The notes: generated by a model not told the origin, from the sequence alone. Positions 1 through 15,170 are shown, counted from the first letter of the stretch. The stretch: DNA of 64,000 bases from Eledone cirrhosa (GCA_964016885.1 OZ024751.1:23498001-23562000); one strand, 5' to 3'. Program-made: numbers and translations.

Positions 1-165
1 AGTGGAGAATAACGCACCAAAGTACTCAATACTTAGGGTAGTAGAGTGGGTAATAGGAACGAGTAGGACCCCGACGGCTGAGCTCATACCTTTTCGACGG
101 CTAATTCTGGACGCAGAATTAGCCGTCGAAACGGCCTGAGCTCAGCCGTCGGGGTCCTACTTGTT

Positions 166-170
<5 letters not shown>
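1..170 (-). mobile_element. (TA)n-inserted palindromic element, family A (PLE-type terminal fragment with 3' half of an HHR)
   Basis: Inverted arms TAGGAACGAGTAGGACCCCGACGGCTGAGCTC...GAGCTCAGCCGTCGGGGTCCTACTTGTTCCTA; homologs at 4768, 4891, 8431, 34027, 57974. Confidence 0.75.
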
Positions 171-224
<54 letters not shown>

Positions 225-228
<4 letters not shown>

Positions 229-443
229 ATAATAATAAATGCGAAAACTAAAATCCAAAGAGGGCTCGATAAGTATAAATATATCATATCAAATATATAA
301 GAGCATGTTAAAGGTGAAAGAAGCGATTCTTTGCTTAAACTTTAATCTGTTATTTTAATAAATATTTGCTCTACAGTTTTTATATATACTTACATATATA
401 TAATCCTTATCGAGCCCTCTTCGGATTTTAGTCTTCACATTTA
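225..443 (+). mobile_element. (TA)n-inserted element, family G, inverted fragments
   Basis: Shares GCTTAAACTTTAATCTGTTATTTTAATAAA and TTATCGAGCCCTCT with copies at 41.6-42.2, 48.0-48.7, 50.9 and 52.4 kb. Confidence 0.7.
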
Positions 444-631
444 TATATATATATATATAATAATTGTTTCTATTTGTTTCTATATATATAATAATAATGA
501 TACTATTTATAGTTATGTATATACTATAAACAACTATAAACAGGAAAGTTCAGTAATTATATGTACAAACATTGTTAATGCTCCGATGACTGCAAACGAA
601 AGTTTGGAAGAAACGATTGTCAGCAATAAAA

Positions 632-694
<63 letters not shown>

Positions 695-1154
695 GCTCGT
701 GTGTGTGTATTTGTGTGTGTGATTGTGTATTTGTTGGCGGGTGAAATTATATAATTTTGACAAATTGCCAACCTTTAACTGAAACCTAAATTAAATTCAA
801 TGATGTTCAACTTTCGTGAGTGTGTCAGAATATTTTAAACACGTACATCAGTACAATTATAGTTATAGTCTTAGTTTTGCAGCTTCCATTTTGGTTACTA
901 AGATCTCATTGATTTATATAATATAATGTTTTGTATATAATTCAGCATGGAAGAAAATGCGATGCAAAGGGTATTGCTTGTTAGAGATGCTATTTATCAA
1001 TAAATACATAATAGAATAATTTTTCTGGTTGTTCCTACCACCCGCTCATATTTCATATTCCAATATGATAATAATGATAATAATAATAATATTAATAATA
1101 ACTACACTGACGGTCATAAGAAATATTTTAAGCTGACGTTATTCTACATGAAGG

Positions 1155-1336
1155 GGGTGGATTGGCAGTATCGGTAGAGGGTCGGACGCCATGCTTTCCA
1201 GCATAGTTACGTCCCTTTACGATCTAAGTTCAAATCCCGCCGAGGTTGACTTTGCCTTTCATCCTTACGGGGTCGATAAAATAAAGTACCAGTAATGCAC
1301 TGGGTAATTGCTGGCCTTGTGCCTAAAGTAGAAACA
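1155..1336 (+). mobile_element. tRNA-derived SINE with Meta/MESC-like central domain
   Basis: A-box-like TGGCAGTATCGG, B-box GTTCAAATCC, GCCTTTCATCCTTACGGGGTCGATAAAATAAAGTACCAG; 17-bp TSD GTTATTCTACATGAAGG at 1138-1154 and 1337-1353. Confidence 0.85.
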
Positions 1337-1599
1337 GTTATTCTACATGAAGGTTTTAATGTCTGATATAAATGTTTATTTATCGTATATTTATTGTATA
1401 ACGTATGTTTTACTCGTCTTTACTTATTTTGGCACGAATCATGTAACGATTTTAATGTAACAGATGTTCACTTTCATTTATATAATAATATCATCGAATC
1501 CTAGGTAAAAAAAGATCAGGAATTTAATAAATAGAGGGAGAAAAAGTCAATTAAAACGACCCTAATATTCATTTAATACTATCTGTTTGTACCATGCAA

Positions 1600-1910
1600 C
1601 GTCAGATAGAATCCGTTGCGATATTCGTTCCGGCTGTCTGCTCTCTGAGTTCAAATCTTGCCGAAGTTAACTTAGTCCTTCAACCTTTTAAGGTTGATAC
1701 AAAAGTAGCAGTCGAGCACTGGAGTCAATTTTTCCTCTATATATATATCTTTCTCACTTCCTCTCCAACTTTCTATCCTTATCTGGAAGAAATCTCCTGT
1801 GTTCCGACTGGGAGATGGTTGGGTTCCGCCAGTCTTACAAATGCCCAAGAAACGATGTCAATACGGTGCCCCTACGACTCCGCCAGGAGTTACGGGACCT
1901 TACCATATAT
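1600..1910 (+). mobile_element. Diverged SINE subfamily with longer 3' tail
   Basis: CTGAGTTCAAATC plus central domain, then tail CTGGAAGAAATC...TGTCAATACGGTGCCCCTAC shared with 29.0, 37.6, 39.3 and 39.6 kb copies. Confidence 0.6.
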
Positions 1911-1914
1911 TATC

Positions 1915-2215
1915 GATTTTCGGTGGAGGAAAATGTAGAATTGATTTGAACAGGAATTGAATCAAGAACGTAGAGAGCCGTGCAAAATACCCGGCTCTCT
2001 ACGCGTTTTCCCAAACGCTTAAGTGATTCTACAATTCTGCCGCCCGTTTCATTTTTTTAATGATAGTTTCTAATTTTAAACACAAGGTCGAGTAGTTCCT
2101 GAATAAAGAGAGGAATGTCCATTAAATCGGTCCCAAATTGGTACTTTATTTTATTGACCCCGGAATGATGAAAGGCAAAGTTCACCTCCTTAGTGTTTTT
2201 TTCAACTCAGAACAA
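1915..2215 (-). mobile_element. Two degenerate SINE fragments
   Basis: GGTACTTTATTTTATTGACCCCGGAATGATGAAAGGCAAAGTT is the reverse complement of the SINE central domain. Confidence 0.55.
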
Positions 2216-2599
2216 AGATGTGTAACCAAATGATTAATTAAAATTTTGCCCATGGCAACATTTCAATTCAGAATGGAAAAAGAAAAAAAAATGATAAATT
2301 GAATAATACTGAAATATTTTGGCTATTTAACGATTCTCTCAAAAAACATATCATTTCGATTTTTAAACCACTGTAGAGGTTCGGTGTATAAGTCGAAACT
2401 GGCAGGATAACAAACGAAGGTTTAGTCGTTCGTATAAAACTACTTCGATAATGAAATTACTATAGCTAAGATAGCAAATTCACGCTTTTTTCAAGACATG
2501 AATCACTAATCACTGGTTTTCTTCAATACACGAATCACTAATCACTAGTTCCTTAACACCTAATGAAGTCCCATCTGAGAGAGCAGTGTTAGTTCTTTT

Positions 2600-2887
2600 A
2601 ATAATCATCATTCATCTTTCAAATACAAACTTAAAAGAACTAACACTGCTCTCTCAGAACTCATATGGTCCTTAAAAGACAAAAACATTAAATATAACAT
2701 CTTTTGGAAAAAGATTTCTTCTGCATCCTCGTACTTGAACAGTTCTCTATCTAAAATCTGTAATCTCTGCCTAAATGAAAAATTTACCATTATCTCTAAC
2801 CTAGAATCCATAATAAATAGACGCTCGGATTTGTTTTCCATCTGCCTTCATAAATTCCATAGAACTTTTCACAAAGTATACAGTTAA
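2600..2887 (+). pseudogene. C-terminal part of a Penelope-like element GIY-YIG endonuclease (5'-truncated)
   Basis: Manual translation NNHHSSFKYKLKRTNTALSELIWSLKDKNIKYNIFWKKISSASSYLNSSLSKICNLCLNEKFTIISNLESIINRRSDLFSICLHK...* fits the HxxSF/TxLSxxIW/CxLCLxEK/NxRxE(D)LxxxCxH pattern of invertebrate PLE endonucleases. Confidence 0.8.
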
Positions 2888-4106
2888 TATTCAATTCTTT
2901 ATCAATTTAGAATCTTTTCTCAAAGGCACATATACATACACCTCTTTAAAATATACCCATCTACCTTACTTTAAAGGGCATTATACACTCTATAGTACTC
3001 GTTTATTCATTTACCTCATCCTATCTTCTCGTAAAACAATAACATTTGTTTTTGACATTTTGAATATTCATCCGCAATCATTATTATTTTTTTTTTTTCC
3101 CTCTATCATAAATCTTTTTAATCTCAATTTCATCCTTAATTTATTATTATATATATTTTTTTTAATATATACTCATATATTCTTTAAAATATACCCATCT
3201 ACCTTACTTTAAAGGGCATTATACACTCTATAATACCCGTTTACTCATCACCCTCATTATATCTCTTCGTAAAACAATAACATTTGTTTTTGACATTTTG
3301 AGTATTCATCCGCAATCATTATTATTTTTTCTCTCTATCATAAATCTTTTTAATCTCAATTTCATCCTTAATTTATTATTATTATTTTTTTCTCCCCATC
3401 AACGAACTCATTATTAATACATATGAATTCAATATAAATTTTTCTCAAATCCTATACATAAACTTTTTCTCTTTGCTAATTTTAAGATTCCTACATTTCT
3501 CCTTTTGAATATTCACCCACAATTATTATTTTTTTCTCTCTATCTCCATACATAATCTCCCTTCGTTATTTTTTTCTCTCTATCTCCATACATAATTTCC
3601 CTTCGTTAATTTTCAAATTCCTTTAATTTATACATTATCTTCCAACGGTTCCCAACCTCTCTATATTAAAACATTATATCTTTTTCTCAGTTATAAAAAC
3701 TATCTCTTTCTCTCTATCACCCATCTCTCCCTTTCCACCTTCACTCTCATCTCCTCCCTTTTTTTCATCCTTTCCACCCCCACCCCTCCCTAAATATAAT
3801 ATATTTTTTCCTCGCACATATCCTCCCTTCGTTAATTTTCAAAATTTTTAATTTATACAGTATCTTCCAACGGTTTTCAACCCCTCTATATAAAATATAT
3901 CTCCTCTCTGTTATAAAAACTATCTCTTTCTCTCTATCACCCATCTCTCCCTCTCATCTCCTTCCCTTTTCATCCTTTTCTCTCCCCCCCTCTCTAAATA
4001 AAATATTTTTCCCAATATCACACATCAATCTAAAACCACTTTTCATATGTTGATTTAAAACTGCACTATCAACAAGTGTTTTTTTAGCCTTCATATCATG
4101 TTCTCC

Positions 4107-4177
4107 TGTTTTATCTGATGAAAACACAAATATTATTGTTTGATGATGTTTGTTTTTGAAATGCGCATAATAAAATA
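4107..4177 (+). ncRNA. Type I hammerhead ribozyme (family B)
   Basis: Stem I TGTTTTAT/ATAAAATA; CTGATGA 4115-4121; long stem II; GAAA 4158-4161; palindromic stem III ATGCGCAT; predicted cleavage after AUA (4169). Confidence 0.85.
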
Positions 4178-4336
4178 TATTGAACTCCTTTAACCATCTT
4201 TTGATCTTATATTATGCATACTCCAGTCCCACAAACTGTAGAGTGCTTCTTATCCGATATCTGCATTGCTTTATTGTACTACAATAAAACTCACCTCCTA
4301 CATATATATATATATATATATATACATATATATATG

Positions 4337-4373
<37 letters not shown>

Positions 4374-4689
4374 GTGTGTATTTGAGAGTATGTGTGTGTA
4401 TGCGTGCATAGAAACGAAGAAATAGTGAGAGAAAAATAATTATATAAGGATAAGATAACGGAAAAACGTGTGAAATAGAATGATGATTAATGTCAAATGT
4501 GATTTTATGTCAACAACTGATATAATTAAACGAAGAGACAGTTAAGTTGTTATGGAAGTTTTGAAGCAGACAGGAAGGTAAATAAAATCTTGAGAGACAA
4601 CTTCAGTCAACATCGTATCGTGGAAAATAACAACACAGATATATTAGATATTATCATTATAATTACACATGAATACCAATACACACACA

Positions 4690-4738
<49 letters not shown>

Positions 4739-4767
4739 CTCTCTATATATATGTATATATATATATA

Positions 4768-5253
<486 letters not shown>

Positions 5254-5625
5254 GATGGTGTTTCGTCTATTAAAATCAATATCTAAGCCCTGTATTAGAT
5301 TACACTTCCCAGGTATTTCGTTGTTAAATAATGTACGTGACCATGGAGATTTCTATTGCTTCCTTCCTTAATTGGCAAGAAATCAAAATAGTGCAAATTT
5401 CTGATAATGGACTGGATCTCCGTCAGTTTCAACGATGAGCGTTTCATTTGTTTCATCACCGACACAATCTGCTCACGGAATTAATGTATCACGAGGTCAG
5501 AGTTCCGTAGACTTATGATTCTCAGTGTTTGTGATAAAGCAAATCATTTGAATTACAAAATCCAGTCAACGGTCTTCTATTCTAATCAGTTTTCGTGTCT
5601 ACTCACATCCACTCACAAAAGCCTG

Positions 5626-5711
<86 letters not shown>

Positions 5712-5925
5712 AATTTATATCTAGTAACATTTATATACATACAGATGCATATCAATGCTAGCAAATATATAGGTTTTGTCTTAGTAACGTTGTGGTTCAA
5801 TGCATGGGGTTGCAGAACAGTAATATGAGAGACGTAAGATAAGAAAATTATAAAAGAAAGTGATATTTTAGTAAGTAAGTCAATTTTATAATCTTTTTAT
5901 AATTTTATAATTTTCTTATCTTACG

Positions 5926-6009
<84 letters not shown>

Positions 6010-6039
6010 CAGGGTTTGTGAGCCTATACATATATATAT

Positions 6040-6342
6040 ATTATTCAATTCCCGTATTGGCAGTTATATATATAACTGCCAATACGGAAATTGAATAATC
6101 AAGGCCGTAGCGGTATGTCGTATATCAAATCATATATTTTGTCTGATGAGGACGTACTAAAAAAAAACAGCGCAGTACCTTTGAAATATAGTAAAGTATA
6201 TATTTTGATTATGCGAATATTTTTCATTTGTTAATATTTTGAATAATATTAAAAACTCCAGGAAAACTCTTTGTTGAGTGCTTCTAATCTATTGTAAAAC
6301 TGTATTCGTTGAGTAATCAACGAAACATAATAATCATTGGTT
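6040..6342 (+). mobile_element. (TA)n-inserted HHR element, family C, copy 1
   Basis: 5' hairpin ~6041-6098; homologous to 6975-7277 on the opposite strand. Confidence 0.75.
6132..6201 (+). ncRNA. Type I hammerhead ribozyme (family C) with minimal stem III
   Basis: Stem I ATATATTTTGT/GTAAAGTATAT; CTGATGA 6143-6149; stem II GTACT/AGTAC; GAAA 6183-6186 then TATA. Confidence 0.7.
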
Positions 6343-6374
6343 ATATATGTATATATATATTTATATATATATAT

Positions 6375-6406
<32 letters not shown>

Positions 6407-6407
6407 G

Positions 6408-6552
<145 letters not shown>

Positions 6553-6737
6553 CTTTACAAAACCACCTGCCTCTTTGAGGTCAAATACCGACCCTACTAG
6601 CATCTACGAACTGACAAATGAGAATTAAGACTATTCCTGCTGACAACATTAAATTATTCCTAACAAGCTCATATGACCCAAGGCTCTGATACCATCAACA
6701 CTATAAACACAGAGCTGGCATATCTAAGAACTGACTA

Positions 6738-6793
6738 ACTGCCTGATGAGGTCATAGCCATTCAATGGCTATCATCGAAATATATATAGCAGT
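6738..6793 (+). ncRNA. Type I hammerhead ribozyme (family D, in element ~6551-6840)
   Basis: Stem I ACTGC/GCAGT; CTGATGA 6743-6749; stem II GGTCATAGCC..GGCTATCATC; GAAA 6777-6780; stem III ATATATAT; predicted cleavage after 6788. Confidence 0.85.
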
Positions 6794-6834
6794 AAATAAA
6801 GGATTATGAGTTCATGCAATTGACTTATGTTTCG

Positions 6835-6949
<115 letters not shown>

Positions 6950-6974
6950 TATAAATATATATATACATATATAT

Positions 6975-7277
6975 AACCAAAGATTATTATGGTTCGTTCA
7001 TTACTCAACGAATACAGTTTTACAATAGATTAGAAGCACTCAACAAAGAGTTTTCCTGGAGTTTTTAATATTATTCAAAATGTTTAAGAAAGGAAAAATA
7101 TTCGCATAATCAAAATATATACTTTATTATATTTTAAAGGTATTGTGCTGTTTTTTTTCAGTATGTCCTCATCAGACAAAATATATGATTTGATATACGA
7201 CACACCGCTACGGTCTTGATTATTCAATTTCCGTATGGGCAGTTATATATATAACTGCCAATACGGGAATTGAGTAA
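6975..7277 (-). mobile_element. Family C copy 2; HHR at 7117-7186 with GAAA mutated to AAAA
   Basis: Reverse complement aligns end to end with 6040-6342. Confidence 0.75.
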
Positions 7278-7299
7278 TATATATATATATATATATATA

Positions 7300-7716
7300 T
7301 TGGTAAACGGAATAGAAAATGCTGACAAATTGTTCACAGTTGAAAAATGGTTTAATTAGGAATAAAAGAGTATTAGTGATTGTATGGGTTAGTATTCAGT
7401 TGTGGTTTTAAGTTTTTAAGCTTTTACCGGTTGCGCATTTCTAAATGCTTTTCAAAAATAATTTTGAGATAGAGTGTCCGTGCTGTTTGCTCTGATCAGA
7501 GGACACTCTATCTCAAAATTATTTTTGAAAAGCATTTAGAAATGCGCAACCGGTAAAAACTTAAAAACTTAAAACCACAACTGAATACTAACCCATACAA
7601 TCACTAATACTCTTTTATTCCTAATTAAACCATTTTTCAACTGTGAACAATTTGTCAGCATTTTCTATTCCGTTTACCAATATATAATAACTTGTGTGTT
7701 ACACCTCTATTCTTTT
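7300..7716 (+). mobile_element. Palindromic (TA)n element, family E, with degenerate U3:A8 HHR (7522-7558 and mirror copy)
   Basis: ~180-bp near-perfect arms 7300-7479 / 7501-7680 plus 3' extension; TTGAAAA-GCATTT..AAATGC-GCAA-CCGG-TA. Confidence 0.7.
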
Positions 7717-7774
7717 ATATATATATATATATATACATACAGATACATGTATACATATATATATATACATACAG

Positions 7775-7860
7775 ATATCTGAAGAACTTTCGATTAGAGT
7801 CAGGTTCTTTAATAGATCTTGCCTCGAGCTGATCGATAGAGAAACATGAAATATGTTATT
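7775..7860 (+). ncRNA. Degenerate hammerhead-like motif
   Basis: CTGAAGA 7779-7785; stem II TCGATTAG/CTGATCGA; GAAA 7841-7844; stem III ACAT/ATGT; stem I weak. Confidence 0.5.
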
Positions 7861-7900
7861 AAATATGATATGATGCAACACTGAATTCTCGCTCTTTATA

Positions 7901-8005
<105 letters not shown>

Positions 8006-8082
8006 TAATTGTAGCTAAGATGCTTCCATAGGCGGTACGCCGGCTGAGCACTCTATGCTTCTACGGAGCAGAGTACGATAGA

Positions 8083-8340
8083 ATGGAAAACGAAACATCA
8101 GTGATGCATTGGACCTCAATTTATTGCATGTTACAATTGTTTCCCTGGCGAGCAGGTGCGAGGTGCGTCTATTGATCTCGGAGCATATCCTCTTTTTGAG
8201 AAAGAGGATATGCTCGAAAATCGTGAATCCAGAGTCAGGTCGATCGACACACAGATCGCACCTCGAGCTGTTCGCCTGGGAAACACTTGTAACACGCAAT
8301 AAATTGAGTTCCGATGCATCACTAATTTTTCATTTTCCAT
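8083..8340. mobile_element. Imperfect palindromic element related to the 7775 motif
   Basis: Arms ATGGAAAA..GTGATGCATTGG / CCGATGCATCAC..TTTTCCAT; shares AGAGTCAGG..CCTCGAGCTG..GAAACA with 7795-7846. Confidence 0.55.
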
Positions 8341-8364
8341 TTTCTCTCTCTCTCTCTCTCTCTT

Positions 8365-8430
<66 letters not shown>

Positions 8431-8432
<2 letters not shown>

Positions 8433-8560
8433 GGAACCAGTAAGATCCCGAGCTCAGCCGTCGGGGTCTTACTGGTTCCTATTAGCCACTCTACTACCCC
8501 AAGTATTGAGTACTTTGGTGCGTTATGGTCCACCTGGTTCCTTACCACATTTCCTTCGTT
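8431..8560 (+). mobile_element. Family A short palindromic copy
   Basis: TAGGAACCAGTAAGATCCCGA..TCGGGGTCTTACTGGTTCCTA plus family A tail. Confidence 0.7.
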
Positions 8561-8577
8561 ATATATATATATATATA

Positions 8578-8825
8578 TAATATTAAATAAATGGAAAACT
8601 ATATTTATAAAACCATATCTATTTCATTATATATATTTCGGGGATATCATATTAACAATATATAATGAAATATATATTAACAATATATAATGAAATAGAT
8701 ATGGTTTTATAAATATAGTTTTCCATTTATTTAATATTGTAAATATACTCCAAATATTTGTCGAGTGCTTTTATATCAGTTATAAATATTTACCAGTTGT
8801 AACCCAACAATTTTAAATATAACTT

Positions 8826-8829
<4 letters not shown>
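8578..8829 (+). mobile_element. Palindromic (TA)n element, family N
   Basis: Arms ~8578-8635 / ~8677-8738 plus tail with GTCGAGTGCTTTTATATCAG; diverged minus copy at ~56930-57040. Confidence 0.55.
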
Positions 8830-8912
<83 letters not shown>

Positions 8913-9147
8913 ATTTATATTATGTTTGTGTGCAGCTCCACACTCAGACAACACACCATTAGTCATTTGTTTAGATTGCCTTACAAATTTTAATATTTTA
9001 TTCTGTTCTACAGCTCTTTTGAATACAAGTCGTTTGTTTTATTTTCTTTCGTTCTAGAACTCTTTTGAATACAAGTTTAACATTTCTCATTCAGTAGTCT
9101 CTACAAACATCTATTACACTCTATTACACTCTAATAAACATTTAAAG

Positions 9148-9299
<152 letters not shown>

Positions 9300-9326
9300 A
9301 TATATATTTATATATATATGTATATA

Positions 9327-9429
<103 letters not shown>

Positions 9430-10088
9430 ATATATGTATATATATATGTATATATATATATGTATATATATATGTATATATATATATATGTATATATATA
9501 AATATATATATATATATATACATGTATTTATATATACATACATATATATTTATATAGATATATATTTATATATATATATATTTACATACACACACACACA
9601 CACACATATACACACATATATGTATATATATATAAACATATAAATAAAGTATACCTTTGAAGTGTAAGCTGTTCATATAAATCTTTCAAATATTTTTGTA
9701 TTTAATATTGAAGCAAACGTATGAAAAAATTAACTAATTCTATCTAAAACTCGTGATATATTTATTTTTTTCTGAAATAGAATCATACTGAAAAGATGTT
9801 GTTTTTGATACACTACCTGTCTGCAATTATAGAGAAAGTTAAACCTAAATTAACTGATTAAGACTGAATACAATATATAAAGAGATTGTTATCTAATTAG
9901 CATTAATTATTTTAAAAGAAGATAGAATATTCTAACTGAATGTGTTTCATTATTAAAAGATTATTAAAAAGATCATTTTCATTTGGGAATATGAAATATT
10001 AATCTAAAGAGAAAAACTCATATTTCTATATCGCCTCATCCGCCCTCTCCCTATGTCTCTTACCCCTCACTCCTCTCCCTCTAACTAA

Positions 10089-10152
<64 letters not shown>

Positions 10153-10250
10153 AATTATGCTCATATATCATTATCTACAAATCTTCCTGCTTGTATAAAA
10201 TTCTTTCTATCTTGACACACACTAATACATACGCCAAAACACGTACACAC

Positions 10251-10336
<86 letters not shown>

Positions 10337-10725
10337 TATATATGTATACGTGTATGTGTGTGAGTGATTGTATGTGGGTGTGTGAGTGCCTGTTGCAATT
10401 TCAAAATCTCAAATAATTGGTTAACGCAAACTAAGCTGCCAATCTTCCCCCCTCCAAAGACCCAACCCTCTCTCTTAGTTATTAATATATAGGGCGGTGC
10501 CTTCTACCGTCACCCTCTTGGCCCTTCCTCCTACCTCATAACACAATTCAATCTCTACATATTCAGAGACAGCAAAACTATATTTGAGAGAATGTGTGTG
10601 TATGTGTGTCTGAGAGACAAAGGGAGATAATGCTTGTCTGTTGCTTTGTGAATGAACTTAAGTGTTTTTGTGAGTTTAAAAATAATAGGGAAATGTGAAA
10701 AGAATAAAGAATATGGGCACAATCA

Positions 10726-10899
<174 letters not shown>

Positions 10900-10900
10900 A

Positions 10901-11309
10901 TGTAGGAGGTGAGTTTTATTGTAGTACAATAAAGCAATGCAGATATCGGATAAGAAGCACTCTACAGTTTGTAGGACTGGAGTATGCATAATATAAGATC
11001 AAAAGATGGTTAAAGGAGTTCCATGTATTTTATTATGCGCATTTCAAAAACAAACATCATCATGCAATAATATTTGTGTTTTCATCAGATAAAACAGGAG
11101 AACATGATATGAAGGCTAAAAAACACTTGTGGATAGTGCAGTTTTGGATATGTAGATTTAAAACTGCACTATCCACAAGTGTTTTTTAGCCTTCATATCA
11201 TGTTCTCCTGTTTTATCTGATGAAAACACAAATATTATTGCATGATGATGTTTGTTTTTGAAATGCGCGTAATAAAATACATGGAACTCCTTTAACCATC
11301 TTTTGATCT

Positions 11310-11316
<7 letters not shown>
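10901..11316. mobile_element. Family B inverted pair carrying two HHRs (11026-11096 minus, 11209-11279 plus)
   Basis: Both arms match 4050-4301; centre ~11150; (TA)n on both sides. Confidence 0.85.
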
Positions 11317-11370
<54 letters not shown>

Positions 11371-11502
11371 AAGAGATAAATAGATAGATAGATAGAGAGA
11401 GTGTGTGTGGATGAGATATTGAGCGAGAGAGAAAAAGAATAGAGACAATAAATTAATAGGAGAAGGATGGAGAGGGCGTGTTTGAGTCTGAGTAGATACA
11501 TC

Positions 11503-11615
<113 letters not shown>

Positions 11616-11667
11616 GTATATATATATATATATATATATAATGTATATATATATATATGCATACATA

Positions 11668-11779
<112 letters not shown>

Positions 11780-11951
11780 GTATATATATATATGCATACA
11801 TACACACATACAAATACATATGCACACATGCATAATATATACATATATGTGTACATAAATACACATATCTCTCTCACTCTCTCTCTCTCTCTCGATATAT
11901 ATATACATATATATACATATATATATATATAGATAGATATATATATATGTA

Positions 11952-12029
<78 letters not shown>

Positions 12030-12071
12030 CCTATATATATATGTATATATATGTATATATGTATATATATA

Positions 12072-12157
<86 letters not shown>

Positions 12158-12172
12158 CATACATACAAACAT

Positions 12173-12205
<33 letters not shown>

Positions 12206-12228
12206 CCGATATATATATATGTATATAA

Positions 12229-12271
<43 letters not shown>

Positions 12272-12278
12272 CAAACAT

Positions 12279-12355
<77 letters not shown>

Positions 12356-12561
12356 GATACATACATTCATTGATGTACACACAACCACACAGACACTCTC
12401 ACATGCAGAAATGGTGGTGTTCCAACCTGGTACTGAGTGACCCTTGAGAAGAGAGACGTTAATTATCTTCGAATGGAACCGATTGTGTCTTTCCCACGTT
12501 TCTCATATCAAAGAACATTTTTCTCGTTTACCCAAATACACCGAAAGTGCTAAAATATATA

Positions 12562-13848
12562 CATATATTTCACACCTACTCCATATTAAAACGCATACCC
12601 CATATATTTCACACCTACTCCATATTAAAACGCATACTCCATATATTTCACACCTACTCCATATTAAAACGCATACTCCATATATTTCACACCTACTCCA
12701 TATTAAAACGCATACTCCATATATTTCACACCTACTCCATATTAAAACGCATACTCCATATATTTCACACCTACTCCATATTAAAACGCATACTCCATAT
12801 ATTTCACACCTACTCCATATTAAAACGCATACCCCATATATTTCACACCTACTCCATATTAAAACGCATACCCCATATATTTCACACCTACTCCATATTA
12901 AAACGCATACTCCATATATTTCACACCTACTCCATATTAAAACGCATACTCCATATATTTCACACCTACTCCATATTAAAACGCATACCCCATATATTTC
13001 ACACCTACTCCATATTAAAACGCATACCCCATATATTTCACGCCTACTCCATATTAAAACGCATACTCCATATATTTCACACCTGCTCCATATTAAAACG
13101 CATACTCTATATATTTCACACCTACTCCATATTAAAACGCATACTCCATATATTTCACACCTACTCCATATTAAAACGCATACTCCATATATTTCACACC
13201 TACTCCATATTAAAACGCATACTCCATATATTTCACACCTACTCCATATTAAAACGCATACTCCATATATTTCACACCTACTCCATATTAAAACGCATAC
13301 TCCATATATTTCACACCTACTCCATATTAAAACGCATACTCCATATATTTCACACCTGCTCCATATTAAAACGCATACTCTATATATTTCACACCTACTC
13401 CATATTAAAACGCATACTCCATATATTTCACACCTACTCCATATTAAAACGCATACTCCATATATTTCACACCTACTCCATATTAAAACGCATACTCCAT
13501 ATATTTCACACCTACTCCATATTAAAACGCATACTCCATATATTTCACACCTACTCCATATTAAAACGCATACTCCATATATTTCACACCTACTCCATAT
13601 TAAAACGCATACCCCATATATTTCACACCTACTCCATATTAAAACGCATACCCCATATATTTCACACCTACTCCATATTAAAACGCATACTCCATATATT
13701 TCACACCTACTCCATATTAAAACGCATACTCCATATATTTCACAACTACTCCATATTAAAACGCATACTCCATATATTCCACAACTACTCCATATTAAAA
13801 CGCATACTCCATATATTCCACAACTACTCCATATTAAAACGCATACTC
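12562..13848. repeat. 39-bp minisatellite, ~33 copies
   Basis: Unit CATATATTTCACACCTACTCCATATTAAAACGCATACTC. Confidence 0.95.
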
Positions 13849-14666
13849 GTAGATATTAACGCCGAATACACACATTTTATACAGTCTTTTCACAAAAGCG
13901 TATCTTTTTCCCCCTCCTCCTCCTTCTTTTCCAACTCATCCTCCACCCCCCTCTTTTCTCCCCATACTCCTGCTTTCCTTGGCAAAAATAGTTAGCGATA
14001 ACATGAAAGATGGTCACATGTTTGAAAAACAATCCCAAAACATAAATAAAAAAAAAAATTCAGTTATTGATCTGCACTAAAACAGAATTAAATGTAGTGA
14101 CATTTCGTAGTTTTGTGTGTTTTACACATATGATATTGAAGACATGAAAATGTTACAAATGAACATTTAAAATCAGCTAGCCACTAATATTCACAGACAC
14201 ACGCAATCGCATATACACGATACACACACAATCCCCCACACACAGTTCCCCCCACACACATTCCACCCACATATACACACAGCACCCAAGCTCGCACACA
14301 ACACCCAGGCATACACACAACACTCAGGCACACACATATACATATTTAGTCAAGCAAGCACACAGATAATGTGTGTATATTCACATAGTATTTTAAAATA
14401 ATTTTATGGAGAGAAAAGAAATGGTGAAATAAATGATTCTAAGATATGCTACGGGCAACTTTCAGAACAAACCTGAAATAGTTTCTCACTGTTATGAATT
14501 ATCTACTTTCCTTGCAAACACGTAAGTATTTAGCCATTAAGGCTTATAACAAAATTATTAAATAACTTATGACAAGGAGAGCTTATGAAATTAGTATTAT
14601 ATGTATATTAATGCTGGAAAGTTACTTCACAGGAAAACACTAAAAATGTCTTCGTGTTTAACTCAA

Positions 14667-14747
<81 letters not shown>

Positions 14748-14827
14748 CAGAATAAGTAGTTTATGATTGCCTCAAACACATAGTACTTGCTGTACGACAG
14801 CTAATACTTCTACTTACAACTATTATA

Positions 14828-15067
<240 letters not shown>

Positions 15068-15094
15068 ATATATATAGCTATTTCAGAGCAACAA

Positions 15095-15170
<76 letters not shown>

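Larger units (their letters stand above)
2576..4301 (+). mobile_element. 5'-truncated Penelope-like element: EN C-terminus, pyrimidine-rich 3' region with internal duplications, HHR-bearing terminal repeat (family B), ending in (TA)n
   Basis: 2576-2601 is the reverse complement of ~2631-2657 (inverted 5' junction); ~2940-3160 duplicated at ~3180-3385 and ~3590-3790 at ~3825-4000; 4044-4301 matches family B. Confidence 0.65.

Noticed and set aside
1155-1245. tRNA genes
   Set aside because: A/B boxes belong to SINE heads; no cloverleaf, and followed by the SINE body
2368-2410. Possible HHR (CTGTAGA..GTCGAAACTGG); similar partial motifs at ~26688, ~52865, ~57365
   Set aside because: Core or stem I too degenerate to support
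12444-13995. 471-aa and 482-aa repetitive ORFs, or a CRISPR-like array
   Set aside because: A 39-bp unit is a multiple of three and is open in two frames by chance; there are no unique spacers, no cas genes, and the context is eukaryotic
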